Origin: an uncultured Gammaproteobacteria bacterium
Lineage (GTDB): Bacteria > Patescibacteriota > Microgenomatia > UBA1406 > GWC2-37-13
Assembly: GCA_964550105.1 (NCBI GenBank)
Contig: CAZJWN010000001.1
Span: 1,413 to 65,412, forward strand
DNA length: 64,000 bases
Direction of reading: 5' to 3'
Numbering within the stretch: position 1 is the first letter of the stretch; each line of letters starts with the position of its first letter. Shown here in pieces: positions 55,501-64,000 of this stretch. The position numbers were made by a program, and so were the translations under genes. The notes under the pieces were generated by a model that saw nothing but the letters and a program-made list of their open reading frames with translations, had not been told where the DNA came from and ran no database searches.

Positions 55501-56334
55501 GTCGTTGCTGCTCAATCTATCGGAGAGCCAGGGACACAGCTGACCATGCGTGTTCGACATTTCGGAGGTATCGTCATCTCTGACGTGACCCAAGGACTTC
55601 CACGAGTTGAAGAGCTATTCGAAACACGAACTCCAAAAATCATCTCGCCTATCGTCAGCATCAGTGGACGCGCAACTGTCACCGAAGACACTGCCAAAGA
55701 AACCTACTCAATCAAGGTGACCTCAACTGAAGGCGAGGAAGAAGAGTACAGTGTGCCAATGTCTCAGAAGCTCAAGGTCAAAGATGGTGATCTGATCACT
55801 GCTGGACAATCACTTTCTGAAGGGTACCTCGATCTGGCTGATGTTCTCGCTATACGCGGACTTGCAGCAGCACAACAATACCTCGTTGATGAAATCCAAA
55901 AAGTGTACGAATCACAGGGTATCACTATCCATGATAAGCACTTTGAGATCATCATACGCAAGATGTCAGACAAGATCATCATCGAAGAAGAGGGTGATAC
56001 AGCGCTCGTCAAAGGTGAGACAGTTTCACGACTCAGATATGACATCGAGAACCGCAAGGTTCTGGCTCTTGGCGCACGACCAGCCACTGGCAAGGTCATC
56101 ATACTTGGCATCACCAGAGCAGCTATCTTTACAGAAAGCTGGCTCTCAGCGGCCTCATTCGAGCAGACCACCACTGTTTTGAGCAGAGCAGCAATCCAAG
56201 GACAGACAGACTACTTGCTGGGCCTCAAAGAAAATGTTATAATCGGACGCTTGATTCCGGTCAACCAAGATCTTATTACTGAATACAATCAGAAATTCCA
56301 AACAGCATATGCCAACAATCAACCAGCTAATTAA
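52570..56334 (+). CDS. rpoC: DNA-directed RNA polymerase subunit beta'
   Basis: Zn motif [48 protein letters not shown], active site NADFDGDAM, and [14 protein letters not shown] at 52570 ([10 protein letters not shown]...). Confidence 0.95.
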   Translation: MDDQKPNINFAGLRIRLASPADIEKWSKGEVTKPETINYRTFRPEKDGLFDERIFGPTKDYECYCGKYKRIRYKGIICDRCGVEVTTAVVRRERMGHIKLSTPIAHVWYFKGANSPLATLLDIPVQMLERIIYYAAYLVTGIHKENQKSSQEALDKLKAVEIAQIEAQFEVKRAALTKDFEKQKADTTKKITKAEQRDITLSEIDLRERESQKRLSDAFVERKAQVSATFDRVIKLVKEATIHSVLEEEDFLFLREKELDGFAEVGMGAEVLYQMLEQFDLHEALTEVQKLLSEAKGERRTKLLKKSRVIESFVKSKIKPSCMMFTLLPVIPPDLRPVVQLSGGKFATSDLNDLYRRVINRNNRLKQLLDLGAPEIILRNEKRMLQEAVDSLIDLQKSRGKSRVVGSSQAKALKSLSDVLRGKQGRFRQNLLGKRVDYSARSTITVGPNLKIDQCGLPKDMALEIFKPFLLHEIMIRGLAPNIKAAKNFLDEKQPVVYDILEQVVKGHPVLMNRAPTLHKLSMLAFYPVLIDDTAIRLHPTVCAGFNADFDGDAMGVFVPLSKESIEEVKSKMLAKHNLLKPADGSPIVIPNKEMAIGVYYMTSMDQIYINKKDENLPLCESIDTAVSLYNLGKLELREPIHARIAGVTLKTTVGRIMFNALLPSELQFINQEVKASDIKSLITKAVRLFNDHDRVGELIDNIKSIGFWASTISGGLSVSIFDCIVAEGKQAVLDEAQKQVKVIDSNYQEGLLTLDEKRRYSNKLWMETTEQLADMTWNAIDEENPVKMIIKSGGARASREQLKQLSAIKGLVVDPMGKIIDVPTKSNYRDGLGIFEYVISARGARKGLTDSALKTADAGYLTRRLHDVAHDMIIREEASEMTQYLTITTKGDRGEKFPLRIYGRFAANDIKSNDTVIVAKNELITEEKVAEIVKAGVHSVDVYSPLFSTSKQGLCRLSYGVDLSNNQLAEIGLPAGVVAAQSIGEPGTQLTMRVRHFGGIVISDVTQGLPRVEELFETRTPKIISPIVSISGRATVTEDTAKETYSIKVTSTEGEEEEYSVPMSQKLKVKDGDLITAGQSLSEGYLDLADVLAIRGLAAAQQYLVDEIQKVYESQGITIHDKHFEIIIRKMSDKIIIEEEGDTALVKGETVSRLRYDIENRKVLALGARPATGKVIILGITRAAIFTESWLSAASFEQTTTVLSRAAIQGQTDYLLGLKENVIIGRLIPVNQDLITEYNQKFQTAYANNQPAN

Positions 56335-56755
56335 GAAAAAAACGAAGCGCACACAGCGTGTTCATAAATCACGCTCTATTGCTCTCCAGTTGGTTTTCAA
56401 TGGTGTGAAGCGCAGATACGTCCCAACACTCAGTCCATTTAAGCGTGGAGTGTGTACCGTTGTCCGCACGATGACCCCAAAAAAACCAAACTCAGCACTC
56501 CGCAAGGTCGCTCGTGTCAGACTTTCAAACAAACAAGAAGTCACGGCCTACATCCCCGGTATTGGTCATAATCTTGCTGAGCACTCAATCGTGCTGGTTC
56601 GTGGTGGACGTGTCAAAGACCTCCCTGGTGTGAAATATCACATCGTCCGCGGGAAATTTGACACACAAGGCGTCACTACCCAAGGTACCCCATCATCAAA
56701 AGATCCTCGACGCCAAAGCAGAAGTAAATATGGGACAAAAAAGCCAAAAGCCTAA
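56309..56755 (+). CDS. rpsL: 30S ribosomal protein S12, with a basic C-terminal tail
   Basis: [11 protein letters not shown]..., [58 protein letters not shown]. The ATG lies 26 nt inside the 3' end of rpoC, in another frame. Confidence 0.93.
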   Translation: MPTINQLIKKKTKRTQRVHKSRSIALQLVFNGVKRRYVPTLSPFKRGVCTVVRTMTPKKPNSALRKVARVRLSNKQEVTAYIPGIGHNLAEHSIVLVRGGRVKDLPGVKYHIVRGKFDTQGVTTQGTPSSKDPRRQSRSKYGTKKPKA

Positions 56756-56763
56756 TACAACCT

Positions 56764-57120
56764 ATGACAGAAACAACAACTCCAAAGCCGTTTGATGAAC
56801 ATGCATACATAGTCTGGATGCATATTTCCCAATTGGCTTGCTTTGTCGGAGTACCTTCGTTTCTGATCCCACTGATCATGTGGATCTCTAAAAAGGATCA
56901 ATATCCCTTGATCGACACACATGGCAAGGACATCATGAACTTTCAGATTACATTGGTTATTGCTTGTGCAATAGCTGTTCCGCTCTGTTTCATACTTATT
57001 GGCATTCCCTTGTTGCTTGCCTTACTCGTAGTTCAGTGTATCGTGCCCATCATCGCAGCGAGTAAAGTACGTAGTGGTGAACTCTATCGTTATCCGTTTG
57101 CGATACAGTTTTTGAAGTAA
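56764..57120 (+). CDS. DUF4870-like small membrane protein inserted between rpsL and rpsG
   Basis: 118 aa, 3-4 TM segments. HISQLACFVGVPSFLIPLIMWISKKDQYPLIDTHGKDIMNFQITLVI resembles the DUF4870/Tic20-like pattern. Confidence 0.6.
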   Translation: MTETTTPKPFDEHAYIVWMHISQLACFVGVPSFLIPLIMWISKKDQYPLIDTHGKDIMNFQITLVIACAIAVPLCFILIGIPLLLALLVVQCIVPIIAASKVRSGELYRYPFAIQFLK

Positions 57121-57216
57121 AACGGCCCTCTTGCAGAGAGTAGTTTGTAGGCGACGAATTTTATTTTTTATCTGCAATAGTGTGTGTGGACGCTTACAAG
57201 CTCGTTAGTTACCTAT

Positions 57217-57690
57217 ATGCCACGTCATAGTTACAAACGCCGAAACCCTTCGGCTGATCCAATCCACGATAGTTTAGAAGTTTCAAAACTCATCAACTAC
57301 ATCATGTATGATGGGAAAAAAGATGTTGCCGAAGGCATCGTCTACGAAGTGATCGAACGTCTCAGAGAAGTTGACCCAGATCCTCTCAAAGCACTTCAGA
57401 AGGCTATCGGTAACGTATCCCCTACCATGGAAGTCAGACCTCGACGTCTCGGTGGAGCATCGTATATGGTGCCAACTGAGGTCCGAAAGGTGCGCCGACT
57501 CTTCCTCGCGCTCAACTGGATCGTTGATGGTGCACGCACTCGCTCAAACAAAGAGTTCAAATCATTTGCTGACAAACTTTTTACTGAGATAAAAGAAGCG
57601 TATGCAGGTAATGGGTATGCCATGACTAAAAAGCAAAATATCGAGAAACAGGCTGAGCAAAATAAAGCATTTGCTCACCTCAAGTGGTAA
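57217..57690 (+). CDS. rpsG: 30S ribosomal protein S7
   Basis: MPRHSYKRRNPSADPIH.S..V.KLINYIMYDGKK..AE.IVY, EVRPRRLGGASYMVP.EV, and the C-terminus NKAFAHLKW. Confidence 0.93.
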   Translation: MPRHSYKRRNPSADPIHDSLEVSKLINYIMYDGKKDVAEGIVYEVIERLREVDPDPLKALQKAIGNVSPTMEVRPRRLGGASYMVPTEVRKVRRLFLALNWIVDGARTRSNKEFKSFADKLFTEIKEAYAGNGYAMTKKQNIEKQAEQNKAFAHLKW

Positions 57691-57806
57691 TCGAACAGTC
57701 ATAGGAATCATGATGAATTGATATGAATCATGAGTCCGTATGATGTATCATTTACCGTTGATAATACTTTTGGTATTTGGAATTTGTTAATTGGAATTTA
57801 AACACT

Positions 57807-59906
57807 ATGGCTGCACAACCAATCAAGACTCAAAACCGCAATGTCTCAATCGATAAAATCAGAAACTTTGGTGTCATAGCACATATTGATTCTGGAAAAA
57901 CGACCACTTCTGAGCGTATCCTTTTTTATACAGGACGCACATACAAAATCGGAGACATCGATGAGGGCAATACTCAGCTTGATTGGATGGAACAGGAAAA
58001 AGAGCGCGGAATCACGATCGTTTCTGCTGCAACAACTACCTTTTGGAAAGGATATCGATTCAACTTGATCGATACACCGGGCCATGTAGATTTTACTGCA
58101 GAAGTGGAGCGTTCTCTGAGAGTGTTAGATGGCGGTATAGTCGTTTTTGACGCTGAAGAGGGTGTTCAGTCACAATCAGAAACAGTATGGCGCCAGGCAG
58201 ACAAGTACAAGGTACCTCGTCTCGTTTTCATCAATAAAATGGACAAGCTCGGTGCTGATTTTGAGGGTACTTTGGGTGAGATTGCTGATCGCCTCGGTGG
58301 AAACCCAGTGGCTATCACCTACCCTATTGGTAAAGAGAGCGATTTTGTTGGTCTTGTACATCTTATCGACATGCAAGCAATCATCTACGATAAAAGTCCA
58401 GACGGCACTGACTACACAATCACCAGTGAAATACCTGAAAATCTAAAGGCAAAGGTAGCCGAGTATCGTGCTAAATTGGTAGAAAAAGTCTCTGAGACCG
58501 ATGATGTGCTCATGGAGAAGTATCTTGCCGGGACCGAAATCACGAATGATGAAATAAGAGCGGCACTCCGCAGAGCAACGATCGCATATAAAATCGTTCC
58601 TACCTTCTGTGGTACTTCTTTACGTAACAAAGGTGTCCAGCCTGTTTTGGATGCCGTTGTTGACTTCCTTCCATCACCTCAAGATTTGGTCAAAGTCATC
58701 GGACACAACGTGAATGATCCCGAGAAGCTTGAGGAGCGTTTGCTCAAGCCAGATGAGCGTTTTTCTGCGCTCGCATTCAAGATCCAGCTCGATCAGCACG
58801 TCGGGAAGCTCACCTATACGCGTATTTACTCAGGTACACTCGAATCGGGTAGTTATATCTACAACACTAACCGTGGCCTCAAAGAGCGGGTCTCTCGCAT
58901 CATGCTCATGCATGCCAACTCACGCGAAGAGATCGACACCGCATATGCTGGTGAAATAGTAGCTCTTGTAGGTCCAAAAGACTCTCGAACAGGTGATACT
59001 CTCGCTGATGAGAATCATCCTCTCCTCCTTGAGCAGATTTCATTCCCAGAGCCTGTCATCTCACTTGCGATCGAACCAAAAACAAAAGCTGATCAAGAAA
59101 AGCTTGGTTTCTGTCTCCAAAGACTTGCCGAAGAAGATCCAACGTTCCGAGTGAAAGTGAATCATGAAACAGGTCAAACGATCATGTCTGGTATGGGAGA
59201 GCTTCATCTAGAGATATTGGTTGATCGTATGAAGCGTGAGATGGGTCTTGATGCCAACACGGGCAAGCCACAAGTAGCATACAAAGAAGCTATCAAAAAA
59301 GAAGCACGAGGAGAGATGAAGTACGTGAAGCAAACCGGAGGTCGAGGTCAATATGGCCATGTCATCTGTAGCGTCAAGCCACTACCACGTGGAGAAGGAT
59401 TCAAGTTCCTGAACGTGGTCAAAGGTGGTCACATTCCCAATGAATATATAGGCTCAGTCGAAAAAGGTGTCAAAGAAGCGCTTGAGAAAGGTGTCTTGCT
59501 TGGATTCCCTATGGTCGACGTAGAGTTCACCCTCATTGACGGGTCGTACCACGAAGTAGACTCATCAGATATTGCATTTAAAATCGCTGGATCGATGGCA
59601 TTTGTTGATGCATGTAAAGCTGCAGGCATTTCGCTTCTTGAGCCAATCATGCGCATGGAAATCAACGTGCCTGATGAGTTCATGGGTACGGTCATCGGTG
59701 ATATTTCTTCAAAGCGAGGGAGTATCGCAAGTACTGAGAAAAAAGGTAAGACAACCATCATCAAAGCGGTTGCTCCACTCTCAGAACTGTCTGGATACGT
59801 CACCACTCTCCGCTCACTGACACAAGGTCGCGGAACTTCATACATGGAGCCTTCCCACTATGAGGAAGTGCCGATGAATATCGTGAAAGAGATGCAGGAG
59901 AAATGA
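57807..59906 (+). CDS. fusA: Elongation factor G
   Basis: IRNFGVIAHIDSGKTTTSERILFYTG, DWMEQEKERGITI, LIDTPGHVDF, INKMDK, plus conserved domains III-V. ATG at 57807. Confidence 0.95.
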   Translation: MAAQPIKTQNRNVSIDKIRNFGVIAHIDSGKTTTSERILFYTGRTYKIGDIDEGNTQLDWMEQEKERGITIVSAATTTFWKGYRFNLIDTPGHVDFTAEVERSLRVLDGGIVVFDAEEGVQSQSETVWRQADKYKVPRLVFINKMDKLGADFEGTLGEIADRLGGNPVAITYPIGKESDFVGLVHLIDMQAIIYDKSPDGTDYTITSEIPENLKAKVAEYRAKLVEKVSETDDVLMEKYLAGTEITNDEIRAALRRATIAYKIVPTFCGTSLRNKGVQPVLDAVVDFLPSPQDLVKVIGHNVNDPEKLEERLLKPDERFSALAFKIQLDQHVGKLTYTRIYSGTLESGSYIYNTNRGLKERVSRIMLMHANSREEIDTAYAGEIVALVGPKDSRTGDTLADENHPLLLEQISFPEPVISLAIEPKTKADQEKLGFCLQRLAEEDPTFRVKVNHETGQTIMSGMGELHLEILVDRMKREMGLDANTGKPQVAYKEAIKKEARGEMKYVKQTGGRGQYGHVICSVKPLPRGEGFKFLNVVKGGHIPNEYIGSVEKGVKEALEKGVLLGFPMVDVEFTLIDGSYHEVDSSDIAFKIAGSMAFVDACKAAGISLLEPIMRMEINVPDEFMGTVIGDISSKRGSIASTEKKGKTTIIKAVAPLSELSGYVTTLRSLTQGRGTSYMEPSHYEEVPMNIVKEMQEK

Positions 59907-60081
59907 TCATGTGATGTGATTGAAACGCAATGGCTAGTGGCGCTGGCATCTGTCTAAACTTGTCTTGTATGTATGTGCTGTACATAGCTTGTCTTGTAGC
60001 CCATACTTCCTATTTCACATCGTCGAGTCGACAACTTGAATCACCAAGAGCTTACACATTCTTATCTGATAAAATCTCCTT

Positions 60082-60747
60082 ATGTCTACGACACTCGTCA
60101 TCTCCGATATCCATCTGAGCAATCCATATGAGCCAAAAAAACATGCTTTTTTGCAAAAACTATTTGAGCAACATGATCGAATCATCCTCAATGGAGATTT
60201 TTGGGAGGGGTATAGGTATTCATTTGATGAGTTTCTTTGTTCAAAGTGGGCCAGTCTTTTTCCTATTCTGAAGAAGAAGCAAGCTATCTACATATATGGT
60301 AATCATGATAGGGAAATGTATTCCGACAGTAGGCGAGAAAAATTTTGTAGTTGGGCTGGATGGCGATATGAAGAAAAAATTGGTGGTATACAATACATTT
60401 TTGAACACGGAAATAGACTTGCGCTCAAGTTTGATGAGAAAACTCACATACAGCGAGTAAGTAAAGTTCTTTTCATTCCGTTTAATCTAACTGAGATGTT
60501 TATTGTCCGTGTTCTTGGCTTGAAGTACTTTCATCTTATTTTTGGCAAACTCAATCGTGACATAAAAAACCTCATCAAGCATGAGTTGAAAGACGGTGAA
60601 ATATTTGTCTGTGGACATACTCATGTGAGAGAATATGCACCAGGCAGTCAGTTTATCAACACAGGAGTGAACAAGTATGGCTTCAGCGAGTATGGGATCA
60701 TCGATGAATCAGGTGTTATGACGCTCCACACACGAAGATACGACTGA
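60082..60747 (+). CDS. Metallophosphoesterase (calcineurin-like, LpxH/YaeI-type fold)
   Basis: LVISDIHLS, ILNGDFWE, YGNHD, EHGN, CGHTH motifs in the canonical order. Confidence 0.75.
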   Translation: MSTTLVISDIHLSNPYEPKKHAFLQKLFEQHDRIILNGDFWEGYRYSFDEFLCSKWASLFPILKKKQAIYIYGNHDREMYSDSRREKFCSWAGWRYEEKIGGIQYIFEHGNRLALKFDEKTHIQRVSKVLFIPFNLTEMFIVRVLGLKYFHLIFGKLNRDIKNLIKHELKDGEIFVCGHTHVREYAPGSQFINTGVNKYGFSEYGIIDESGVMTLHTRRYD

Positions 60748-60749
60748 CG

Positions 60750-61391
60750 CTATATACAGCTCCAAAGTGGACATACTGGACATGATTTGCAATGCGCAGG
60801 GCAGTAATTTCTGCCATACCAAATCATACGATTTGTGAATCCTATCCACTCAGTTCGTGGGATGATATCCATCAGATCTTTTTCAATCATGCGCGCGTCA
60901 TGATGTTGAGTCAAATAGTATTTTTGACATAATCTGATCATGTGTGTGTCTACGGCTATTCCCTCTGCTTTTCCATACAGTTGCCCAAGCACCACACTTG
61001 CAGTTTTTCGTCCCACTCCTGGCAGTGATATAAGCTCATCGAGTGTAGCGGGGACTTCACCGTAGAAGTCATGGAGTAGTCTGACAGCCGTTGCACATAT
61101 ATTTTTTGCCTTATTTCGATAGAGACCGATTGATGATATGTCTTTTTCAAATAGAGACAAATCAGCATGTGCGAAGTCTGCGAGTGTGCAATATTTTGTG
61201 AATAATCCTTTGGTGACTTTATTTACCTGCTTATCAGTAGTCTGTGCAGACATGATCACGGCAAACAAAAATTCATATGGGTGAGTATAGTCCAGAGCAG
61301 ATTTTGCGTTGGGAAAAAGACGCTTGAGTTTTGCGTTGATTCGTATTGCTCGGGCAATGCGCGCTGGTCTTGTCAATATTGGCTTTTTCAT
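60750..61391 (-). CDS. nth: Endonuclease III (HhH-GPD DNA glycosylase/AP lyase with a Cys cluster)
   Basis: MSAQTTDKQVNKVT, HhH LPGVGRKTASVVL, catalytic-region VDTHMIRL, and a C-terminal Cys cluster YCPAHCKSCPVCPLWSC. Confidence 0.88.
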   Translation of the reverse strand: MKKPILTRPARIARAIRINAKLKRLFPNAKSALDYTHPYEFLFAVIMSAQTTDKQVNKVTKGLFTKYCTLADFAHADLSLFEKDISSIGLYRNKAKNICATAVRLLHDFYGEVPATLDELISLPGVGRKTASVVLGQLYGKAEGIAVDTHMIRLCQKYYLTQHHDARMIEKDLMDIIPRTEWIGFTNRMIWYGRNYCPAHCKSCPVCPLWSCI

Positions 61392-62200
61392 TGTATGAGC
61401 CCTTCACGTTGTAACTGCTTCAAAATATCTTTCTCTTTTTGATTAGAGATTCGCATGACAGTACCTGATAAATACTCACGCAAGATCCTGCCACGAATCT
61501 CCCTATCAGATCCGGCAAATTTAGACTGCTTTACATAGTGTTTGCTTTTGGTGTTTGGGTTAGTGATGACAGTTGAGAGAAAGCTGCCATAATCCATGAG
61601 GGCATAATACCACTCACGTGGATTTTCATAATCAAGAGTGTCACGAATTAGGGGTAACAGCTCAGAATCATCTACTTCAGCTCGATCAGCAAGAAAGTGG
61701 TGGATAAAGACCTTGCGTATATTTGTCTCGATGAAGACAGCTGGTCGATTATAAGTAAAACAATATATTGAAGCTGCAGTTGCTGGTCCAATCCCTGGAA
61801 GGGCATCCAGTTCCTGAACAGTGAGTTGAGACAGATTGGGTGATCGGCTTGAGGCTAAACCATCTCGCCTCTCTTTGATTGTTGTTGTCAGAGTCTGCGC
61901 CGCTTCCCACAAGTATTTTCCCCGACGATTGTATCCTAAGCCTTGCCACACCTTAAGCACATCGACCATGTTTGCCTTTGACAAGTCAGGCAAACTCGGA
62001 AATTTATCTATAAATTCCATGAATTTCACCTTCACTCGTGCAACTTGTGTCTGCTGGAGCATGACCTCAGAGACCAATACACGGTACAGATCCAAGTGTC
62101 CTCGTTTGTCTAGTTTCAGAGCGGGTGTTCGCCATGGCAAATCACGTTTATATGTACGTGCGAAATCCTTGATCTTCGTGATAAAAACTGACGTTTTCAT
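61388..62200 (-). CDS. MutY-like HhH-GPD glycosylase lacking the Fe-S cysteines and the NUDIX-like domain
   Basis: RDLPWRT...DLYRVLVSEVMLQQTQVARV, VWQGLGYNRRGKYLWEAA, LPGIGPATAASIYCF, FIETNIRKV. The C-terminus ALMDYGSFL...FAGSDREIRGRILR has no CX6CX2CX5C. ATG at 62200 is preferred; the ORF is open to 62335, which would overlap the upstream gene. Confidence 0.7.
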   Translation of the reverse strand: MKTSVFITKIKDFARTYKRDLPWRTPALKLDKRGHLDLYRVLVSEVMLQQTQVARVKVKFMEFIDKFPSLPDLSKANMVDVLKVWQGLGYNRRGKYLWEAAQTLTTTIKERRDGLASSRSPNLSQLTVQELDALPGIGPATAASIYCFTYNRPAVFIETNIRKVFIHHFLADRAEVDDSELLPLIRDTLDYENPREWYYALMDYGSFLSTVITNPNTKSKHYVKQSKFAGSDREIRGRILREYLSGTVMRISNQKEKDILKQLQREGLIQ

Positions 62201-62252
62201 ACTAGGGTTCACAGAAAGTGGTGGTGATGCGTCTGGAGTCCTATCATGATGT

Positions 62253-63512
62253 TCATCCTGATTTCTTCTGCTTATATTTTTCTTCCATACGCTGTCGTGC
62301 TGATGTATCAAACTCTTGCCACGTCTCGTGTTCACTACGAAATATGGCTATGGCTTTACTGATCGGCAGAATCTGTAAATACGATTTGAGATCGACCAGT
62401 CTTCGCAAATACCAGATGAGTCTGCCCGAAAGATGCAACTTTCCCTTGACAAAAAGCGACCAATCTCTGCCCATCGCTATGATATAACCGAGGTTCTTTG
62501 GTCTATAGGTGTGAAGTGATCTCCGCTGTATGTGTGCGATGATATTTTGAGCAATCGCATGGCCATCATGATGTGCCGTTTGAGCCAGACCTGAGTATTC
62601 AGTACATGCTAAATCTCCCCCCACAAACACACTATCTACCACTGTTCCATCATCAAGCTTTGCACGGAGATATTCATCAACTATCATTTTTCCACGCTTA
62701 TCTTTCTGAAACCCCGTCAATTGGCTTGCCAATGGCGCAAGCTTCATACCAGTAGACCAGATTACTAAACGGTTTTTAGATGCGACATCAGGCATGAGCT
62801 CATTTTTCATCTCGTCTGGAGTCACTCGCTTATTGTAAACAACATCTACTCCAAGACTCACTAGTTTTTTATGCAAAATATCTGACACCTGAGCATCGAA
62901 CATCGGGGTCACACGATCTCCAGATACATAGAGACTCGTATGGACTGTTGTCGGATCGATCTGATATGCATCAGCCACTTGTTTTACTAGAATAGCCACT
63001 TCTGCTGCTGACTCAGTCCCATTTGGTCCTCCACCAATGACGATAACTTCCCCACCGGGGGAAGATTTTGACTGGTCAAAATGGCTGATAGTCAACATCT
63101 CATGAATACTTCGTCGCAGCTCAAGCACATCGTCTACGGTTGTCACCGTATGTAGTTTATCTTTGAATTCTCCCATGTCGAAATAGTTCGTCACTGATCC
63201 TGGTGCAAGCACCAGATAATCAAAGTGGATTTCTGTGTCTTTTCCTGTGCAAATATATTTTTTAAATTGATTGATACTCGTCACTTCAGTTTTTTCATGG
63301 ATAATACCCGTTCCTTCAAAAATATAGTCGTATGGTATTGCAAGTTGCTTCACTGAAAAGCCTGTCAAAAGGTGAAAAAGTCCAGGATAGTAATCAAAAT
63401 AACTTCGGGGTGTTACTAGAGTGATTTTAATATCCTTCAGCCTTTTCTTGGCGATATCTACCGCAGTAGTTACTCCGGTGAATCCTCCACCAACGATAAC
63501 GATATGTTTCAT
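62253..63512 (-). CDS. FAD/NAD(P)-binding oxidoreductase, type II NADH dehydrogenase (NDH-2)-like
   Basis: KHIVIVGGGFTGV (first Rossmann fold) and VIVIGGGPNGTESAAE (second), with overall pyridine nucleotide-disulfide oxidoreductase architecture. Confidence 0.75.
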   Translation of the reverse strand: MKHIVIVGGGFTGVTTAVDIAKKRLKDIKITLVTPRSYFDYYPGLFHLLTGFSVKQLAIPYDYIFEGTGIIHEKTEVTSINQFKKYICTGKDTEIHFDYLVLAPGSVTNYFDMGEFKDKLHTVTTVDDVLELRRSIHEMLTISHFDQSKSSPGGEVIVIGGGPNGTESAAEVAILVKQVADAYQIDPTTVHTSLYVSGDRVTPMFDAQVSDILHKKLVSLGVDVVYNKRVTPDEMKNELMPDVASKNRLVIWSTGMKLAPLASQLTGFQKDKRGKMIVDEYLRAKLDDGTVVDSVFVGGDLACTEYSGLAQTAHHDGHAIAQNIIAHIQRRSLHTYRPKNLGYIIAMGRDWSLFVKGKLHLSGRLIWYLRRLVDLKSYLQILPISKAIAIFRSEHETWQEFDTSARQRMEEKYKQKKSG

Positions 63513-64000
63513 ATGTGAAGTGATTTCAGTCTCTGGATACGCTCAGCAAGTGGCGGATGAGTAGAGAACAAACTTCGGATAAAAGATGCTTCAAAAGGAT
63601 TGATGATGAAAAGATGCGCTGAAGATTGTTCTGCTGACGATCCAAGTAAAGGGCGTTTTGCTGCCACACCACCCAAGATGGCTAGAGCACTGGCAAGATC
63701 TTGGGGTTTGCGTGTCAATCTCGCACTGTATTCATCTGCCGCATATTCACGCTGTCGTGATATAGCCATATGCAAGAGTGTGCCTATGAGCGGAGTGATA
63801 ATGATGATAAACAAAAGCGAAAGTGGGTTCCCTCCTCTATCTCCTGAGTCACTATTTCTTCGGAAATTGCCAAATGAAGCAATTTGTGCCATATAGGATA
63901 GCGCGCCAGCGAGTGTCGCTGCCATAGAAGAAAGCAAAATATCCCGATTTTTCACATGGCCGAGTTCGTGTGCAAGCACTCCGGTCAGCTCATCCTCAGT
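63509..64000 (-). CDS. htpX: M48 family zinc metalloprotease HtpX, C-terminal part; N-terminus lies beyond the window end
   Basis: The frame stays open to nt 64000 (..TEDELTGVLAHELGHVKNRD = HExxH). TM helices follow, then REYAADEYSARLT and STHPPLAERI. Confidence 0.85.
   Translation of the reverse strand, partial: TEDELTGVLAHELGHVKNRDILLSSMAATLAGALSYMAQIASFGNFRRNSDSGDRGGNPLSLLFIIIITPLIGTLLHMAISRQREYAADEYSARLTRKPQDLASALAILGGVAAKRPLLGSSAEQSSAHLFIINPFEASFIRSLFSTHPPLAERIQRLKSLHI

Noticed and set aside
59930-60118. A 62-aa ORF upstream of and overlapping the metallophosphoesterase start.
   Set aside because: It is Cys/Ser-rich with no motif, overlaps the repeat-rich 3' region of fusA, and runs into the next gene's start. 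It is most likely non-coding.
1-64000. Alternative genetic code with UGA recoded to Gly or Trp, as in some CPR lineages.
   Set aside because: RF2 is present. Many long, motif-complete ORFs terminate at TGA (fpg, the GT2 at 34676, and others), and no conserved gene appears split at TGA.

Overview
This is a gene-dense bacterial chromosome segment. I found no rRNA, tRNA, CRISPR array, transposase or integrase. By inference only, it resembles a Patescibacteria/CPR-type genome: short RpoB, lamin-tail-domain proteins, many PMT/ArnT-like membrane proteins, overlapping genes, and no Shine-Dalgarno motifs.

**Layout**
- 1-4.5 kb: the 3' end of a GT4 glycosyltransferase gene, fpg/mutM, and a MacAB-like tripartite ABC efflux operon.
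- 4.6-34.7 kb: a roughly 30-kb glycan-assembly super-locus of 22 genes. It holds 13 polytopic 400-580-aa GT-C-like membrane proteins in several paralog families. It also holds an Alg5/Dpm1-like polyprenyl-phosphate sugar synthase, six further cytoplasmic glycosyltransferases (four GT2, one GT4, one GT26/TagA), a Wzx-type flippase and an AT3 acyltransferase.
- 34.7-41.5 kb: a CPBP protease, rpoD, dnaG, a LytR_C-domain membrane protein, and prfB.
- 41.6-48.4 kb: an eight-gene envelope operon. In order it encodes a hypothetical protein, ftsE, ftsX, a coiled-coil cysteine-peptidase (PcsB analogue), a triple-LTD protein, VanZ, a CAP-domain protein and a small membrane protein.
- 48.5-59.9 kb: an rmlA-like gene, then rpoB, rpoC, rpsL, a DUF4870 gene, rpsG and fusA.
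- 60-64 kb: a metallophosphoesterase, nth, a mutY-like gene, an NDH-2-like oxidoreductase, and a partial htpX.

**Most interesting signals**
- The GT-C super-locus is the best candidate for an undescribed surface or protein glycosylation system. Candidate Pro/Thr-rich substrates are encoded in the same window.
- Two heptanucleotide triple repeats lie inside a GT2 gene.
- A hairpin-bearing in-frame insertion interrupts fpg, and a related REP-like hairpin family lies nearby.
- A long perfect inverted repeat sits inside the efflux operon.
- The sigma-70 N-terminus is basic rather than acidic.
- A DUF4870 membrane-protein gene is wedged between rpsL and rpsG.

All functional calls rest on motifs read from the supplied translations; no database search was run.
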